A DNA stretch of 64,000 nt. Source: Blastocatellia bacterium (GTDB lineage: Bacteria > Acidobacteriota > Blastocatellia > UBA7656). How positions within the stretch are numbered: the stretch's first letter is position 1; each line of letters starts with the position of its first letter. Shown piece by piece: positions 59,983 through 64,000 of the stretch. The notes beneath the pieces are model-generated. The model was not told where the DNA came from and searched no databases. It saw only the letters and a list, made by a program, of their open reading frames with translations. Where the stretch lies: assembly GCA_035575515.1 (NCBI GenBank), contig DATLXU010000067.1, positions 6,519 through 70,518 on the forward strand, in the 5' to 3' direction. The translations under genes were made by a program, and so were the position numbers.

Positions 59983-60781
59983 CATCAGCCTGAGTGTTAC
60001 AGTTTTGACGAACGATACAAACGAATCGGTCATAGAGTTCAGAGAGGTGGGCCTTGCGGTTCACGACGGCAAATCGCTTGTGCGCGAGTTGAACTTTGAA
60101 GTGAAGCGAGGCGAGACGCTCGTGCTTCTTGGCCGCAGCGGTTCGGGTAAGACTACAACGCTCAAGCTCATCAATCGCCTGCTCGATCCTACGAGCGGCG
60201 AGATTCTCGTTGAAGGCAAAGCAACAACTGCGTGGGATGCGATTCAACTCAGGCGACACATAGGCTACGTGATTCAAGAGACAGGATTGTTCCCGCATTT
60301 CACCGTCGAGCGCAATGTCGCGCTCATTCCGCGACTCGAAGGCTGGCCGGAAGAAAAAATTTCGATTCGCGTACGCGAGCTTTTGAAACTTGTCGGGCTT
60401 GCGCCAGATGAGTTCGTTCACCGCTACCCGCGAGAGCTATCGGGCGGGCAGCGCCAGCGCGTAGGAGTCGCCCGCGCGCTTGCGGCTGATCCGCCAATCA
60501 TCTTGATGGACGAGCCATTTGGCGCGCTCGACCCGCTCACGCGCGCAGAGCTTCAGCGCGAATTCGCCGCGCTTGCCGAGAGATTGAATAAAACCATTGT
60601 CTTCGTAACGCATGACATACGCGAGGCGTTCACGCTCGCCTCGCGCATCGGGCTTTTCAAAGATGGGCGACTCGTAGAGCTTGCCGCGCCCGACGAGTTC
60701 GCCCGCTCTGAAAGCGCAGAGGCGAAAGCGTTTCTTGAAACACTCGACAGGGATCAGAGGTTGGGAGGCAGGGGCCAGTGA
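59951..60781 (+). CDS. ABC transporter ATP-binding protein (glycine betaine/choline OpuA/OpuC type)
   Basis: Walker [19 protein letters not shown] signature and Walker [12 protein letters not shown]. Start is ambiguous (TTG 59951 or TTG 60005). Confidence 0.85.
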   Translation: MRLITFASSNDISLSVTVLTNDTNESVIEFREVGLAVHDGKSLVRELNFEVKRGETLVLLGRSGSGKTTTLKLINRLLDPTSGEILVEGKATTAWDAIQLRRHIGYVIQETGLFPHFTVERNVALIPRLEGWPEEKISIRVRELLKLVGLAPDEFVHRYPRELSGGQRQRVGVARALAADPPIILMDEPFGALDPLTRAELQREFAALAERLNKTIVFVTHDIREAFTLASRIGLFKDGRLVELAAPDEFARSESAEAKAFLETLDRDQRLGGRGQ

Positions 60782-60871
60782 AAAGAAGGCAGAGGGCGCA
60801 AGGCGGCAGACAGTGATATGAGCATGCCTTCTGCTTTGTGCCATCTATACGGCCCTGCCCCTCTGACTGCA

Positions 60872-62413
60872 ATGGAGCTTCTAAAATTTTTCATCGAAAA
60901 GCGCGATGAGGTGTTGCAGCTAACGATTGAGCACCTGTTGCTTGTCGTCGTCGCAATCGGCGCAGCCATCGTTATAGGCGTGCCTGTAGGCATTCTGCTC
61001 ACGAGGCGGGCGAGGCTTGCCCGACCTGTGCTTGCAGTTGCGAATGTGCTTCAAACGATTCCGAGCCTTGCGCTGTTCGGCTTTCTGATTCCCCTCTTAG
61101 GCTCTTATGGTATCGGGCGCGTGCCCGCGATCATCGCGCTCTTTTTGTACTCGCTGCTGCCGATAATCCGAAACACCTACACGGGCATCACTGGCGTCGA
61201 CCCGGCTGTGCGTGAGGCGGCACGCGGCATGGGCATGAGCGATTGGCAGATGCTTCGACAGGTAGAGCTTCCGCTTGCGATGAGCGTGATAATCGCGGGC
61301 GTGCGCGTCGCAACTGTGATTGCCGTTGGGACGGCAACAATCGCCGCTGCGATAGGCGCGGGCGGGCTTGGAATGTACATCTTTCGCGGCCTCAGGATGG
61401 ACGACAACACCTTGATATTCGCCGGCGCCGTGCCTGCCGCGATAATGGCTCTGGGAGCCGATTTCGTGTTGGGGTGGGTTGAAAAACGGCTCGCGCCCGG
61501 CGCTCGTCGCAAATCGCGCAAGGTCGCGAGGGCAACGATCATTGCAGGCCTTCTTGTGATATTCATAGGCTCGACTTTCTTTATCAGCAAAGGGCGATGC
61601 GTATCGGCTGGCGGCTGCATTATCGTCGGCTCGAAGGATTTTACGGAACAGGTGATACTCGGCGAATTAATCGCGCAGACGATTCGCTCGCGCGCGGGCA
61701 TTGATGTTGAGCAGCAGTTCGAGCTTGGCGGCAATATGTGCCATCGCGCGATGCTCGCGGGCGAGATGGATGTTTACATCGAATATACAGGCACGGCTTT
61801 CATGTCACTACTCAAGCGCGAGCCGTTGACGGATGCGCGCGAAGTTTTCAATCAGGTGAAACAGGAATATGCCGCGCGCTTTGGATTTGAGGTGCTGCCG
61901 TCGCTTGGCTTCAACAACACATTTGCCATTTTGGTGCGCGGCGAGGACGCGCGCCGCTTGAACCTGAAAACAATCTCAGATGCGGCGAAGTATGCACCGC
62001 AGTGGCGCGCAGGGTTCGGGCAGGATTTCATGTCGCGCGAGGATGGCTATCCGGGATTTGCGCGAGCCTACGGTTTGAAATTTGCCGAGCCACCGCGCGA
62101 GATGGATTTGTCGCTGACGTATCGCGCGCTTGCCGGTCGCCAGGTTGATTTAATCGCAGGTAACTCTACTGATGGGTTGATTGATAAGCTCGATCTTTAT
62201 CAATTAGAAGACGACCGCCATTATTTTCCGCCGTATGAAGCGGTGCCGATTGTTCGCCGAGAAGCGATTGAGCGTCATCCTGAAATTGCCAACGCGCTCC
62301 GTAGCCTCGCCGGAAAGATAACTGATGCCGATATGCGGCGGTTGAACTATGCCGTTGACGGCGAGAAACGCGACGTGCGAGAAGTCGTGCGCGAGTTCTT
62401 ATCTCAACACTGA
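60872..62413 (+). CDS. fused ABC permease plus periplasmic substrate-binding domain (OpuBB/OpuBC-like osmoprotectant transporter)
   Basis: N-terminal 6-TM BPD permease with EAA-like loop, and a C-terminal OpuAC-like binding domain (NNTFAILVRGEDA...). The longest ORF extends to 60818. Confidence 0.8.
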   Translation: MELLKFFIEKRDEVLQLTIEHLLLVVVAIGAAIVIGVPVGILLTRRARLARPVLAVANVLQTIPSLALFGFLIPLLGSYGIGRVPAIIALFLYSLLPIIRNTYTGITGVDPAVREAARGMGMSDWQMLRQVELPLAMSVIIAGVRVATVIAVGTATIAAAIGAGGLGMYIFRGLRMDDNTLIFAGAVPAAIMALGADFVLGWVEKRLAPGARRKSRKVARATIIAGLLVIFIGSTFFISKGRCVSAGGCIIVGSKDFTEQVILGELIAQTIRSRAGIDVEQQFELGGNMCHRAMLAGEMDVYIEYTGTAFMSLLKREPLTDAREVFNQVKQEYAARFGFEVLPSLGFNNTFAILVRGEDARRLNLKTISDAAKYAPQWRAGFGQDFMSREDGYPGFARAYGLKFAEPPREMDLSLTYRALAGRQVDLIAGNSTDGLIDKLDLYQLEDDRHYFPPYEAVPIVRREAIERHPEIANALRSLAGKITDADMRRLNYAVDGEKRDVREVVREFLSQH

Positions 62414-62822
62414 TTTCGCGCGTTGCAAATGGCAGTCGGATGCGCTCAATCAAATCAACATATGCGGATAATCGCCTTACCTCGCGGCTGCTTTCGCGTA
62501 TTTCTCGACCAGTGAGTTCATCTCGGCTGGCTTTGTTGCATAATTGGCTACACATTGTGGTTTTGAGCCAATCTTATATAGCGAAAAACGCAAGTAATAG
62601 AATTATGCAACAAAGCCCCGTGTCGGGAGCGATTGACTGAAGCTGTTGCCAGATGGCGCTCTCTTTTTCCATGTTGCGCTCGCTTTTGCCGCTTGTGTAA
62701 GTCTTTAATTTCGCTTGCGAATGGCGAAGGCGACTGCGCTGATGTAACATGGCTGCAAGATTCAGGCGGTCAGGCTTATTAATCCTATATCGTTTGCTGA
62801 ACACTTTGTGTAGGAGATTGCT

Positions 62823-64000
62823 ATGAATAAAACTTTAGCGATTCTTTTTTCGCTTGTTCTGCCATTAACAACCCTCGCGCAATCGAAACAGGACGGGCAA
62901 CCAAACTCTCTTGTTATCAACAACGTCACGGTAATTGACGCGACGGGCAAGCCGCCCATGCCAGGCATGACGGTTGTTATAAGAGATGGTCGCATTGCAA
63001 CCATCGCCAGAGGTTTGAAAGCCAAAATGGCCGCAGGCACACGGGTCATTGATGGCAGTGGCAAATATCTCATTCCCGGCCTGTGGGATATGCACGTTCA
63101 CGAATGGGATAAAGATTATTTCTTGCCGCTGTTCATCGTAAACGGCATAACCGGCGTGCGCGATATGTTCGGCCCGCTTGCGCTAATCAAACAATGGCGT
63201 GAAGAGATGAAAGCGGGGACTCTCACGGGACCGCACATCATCGCCGCAGGGCAGATTGTTGATGGTCCGAAGCCTGTGTGGCCCGGCTCGATTGCAGTGA
63301 GCAACGCGGAAGACGGCGTGAAGGCTGTCAACAAAGTGAAGCAGGACGGCTCGGATTTCGTAAAGGTCTACAGCCTGCTCCCGCGCGACGGGTTCTTCGC
63401 CATCGCTGCGGAGGCCAAGCGGCAGGGGATGGTCTTTGCCGGTCACGTACCGGTATCAGTGACGGCAGCCGAAGCGAGCGACGCGGGCCAAAAAAGCATA
63501 GAGCATCTGACGGGCCTGTTTTCCGGCTGCTCGTCGAAAGAAGAAGAATTGATGAAGGCGTCGCTCGAAAGGAAAGAGACGGGCCTCGCCGGTTTCGTCA
63601 AATCATTCGTCGAGGATGGAGCTAAGGCGCTTGAAAGCTATGACGATAAGAAAGCAGCCGCGCTCTTTGCTCGCTTCAAAAAGAACGGAACGTGGATGAC
63701 GCCGACGCTCACGGTGCTGCGCGCCATCGCGTATGTGGGCGACGAGGATTTCAGAAACGATCCGCGAATGAAATACGTCCCGCCGTTTCTGAAATATGGG
63801 ATGTGGGGACCAACTGCGTTCGGGCTTAACATTCGCACACCGGGCGACAACGCAATCGCAAAGAAGCTCTTTCAAAAACAGCTTGAGATGGTAGGCGCGA
63901 TGAACCGCGCGGGCGTGGATATACTAGCCGGAACCGACACGCCTAATCCGTACGTCTTTCCCGGCTTCAGCCTGCACGACGAGCTTGCGTTGCTCGTGAA
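62823..64000 (+). CDS. secreted amidohydrolase-family hydrolase (third paralogue), 3' end beyond window
   Basis: Manual translation from ATG 62823 gives MNKTLAILFSLVLPLTTLAQS...IPGLWDMHVHEWD..., open to the window end. Not in the ORF track because no stop is present. Confidence 0.75.
   Translation, partial: MNKTLAILFSLVLPLTTLAQSKQDGQPNSLVINNVTVIDATGKPPMPGMTVVIRDGRIATIARGLKAKMAAGTRVIDGSGKYLIPGLWDMHVHEWDKDYFLPLFIVNGITGVRDMFGPLALIKQWREEMKAGTLTGPHIIAAGQIVDGPKPVWPGSIAVSNAEDGVKAVNKVKQDGSDFVKVYSLLPRDGFFAIAAEAKRQGMVFAGHVPVSVTAAEASDAGQKSIEHLTGLFSGCSSKEEELMKASLERKETGLAGFVKSFVEDGAKALESYDDKKAAALFARFKKNGTWMTPTLTVLRAIAYVGDEDFRNDPRMKYVPPFLKYGMWGPTAFGLNIRTPGDNAIAKKLFQKQLEMVGAMNRAGVDILAGTDTPNPYVFPGFSLHDELALLV

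Noticed and set aside
1-64000. tRNA, rRNA, CRISPR, transposase and integrase search
   Set aside because: No GGTTCGAATCC-type T-arms, no rRNA-like stretches, no regularly spaced identical repeats with unique spacers, and no transposase or recombinase ORFs were seen.

Overview
This is a 64-kb high-GC chromosomal window, consistent with an Acidobacteria-like genome, though I cannot confirm the phylum. It is densely packed with housekeeping and metabolic genes. There are no rRNA or tRNA genes, no CRISPR array, and no transposase or integrase. Genes include queA, yihY, dcd, prfB (programmed +1 frameshift at CUU UGA C), lnt, lipA, rbfA, nrnA, yceH, ybaK, pdxH, thrB and a contiguous partial respiratory complex I cluster nuoC-D-H-I-J-K-L-M-N that lacks nuoA/B/E/F/G. 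The nuo cluster is followed by an AtpZ-like mini membrane protein that is translationally coupled to nuoN. Further right lie dehalogenase, reductase and formamidase genes, two orphan FtsX/MacB-type permeases, and two paralogous acyl-CoA synthetases. Three secreted amidohydrolase paralogues and a glycine-betaine-type ABC transporter follow. The feature the gene list does not explain is a large family of intergenic palindromic elements. Their arms are built from tandem 7-nt units (families GGTCAGG/CCCTGAC, GATTTTG/CAAAATC, CATTTGT, GTAAATC). At least 14 copies are present. They occupy almost every spacer of the nuo operon. One six-unit, frame-preserving array is inserted in the queA coding sequence. 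Other points are a standalone ClpB-D2-type AAA+ ATPase with a ClpX-like IGF loop, and an orphan radical-SAM/SPASM enzyme. A partial minus-strand gene at the window start is missing from the ORF track.
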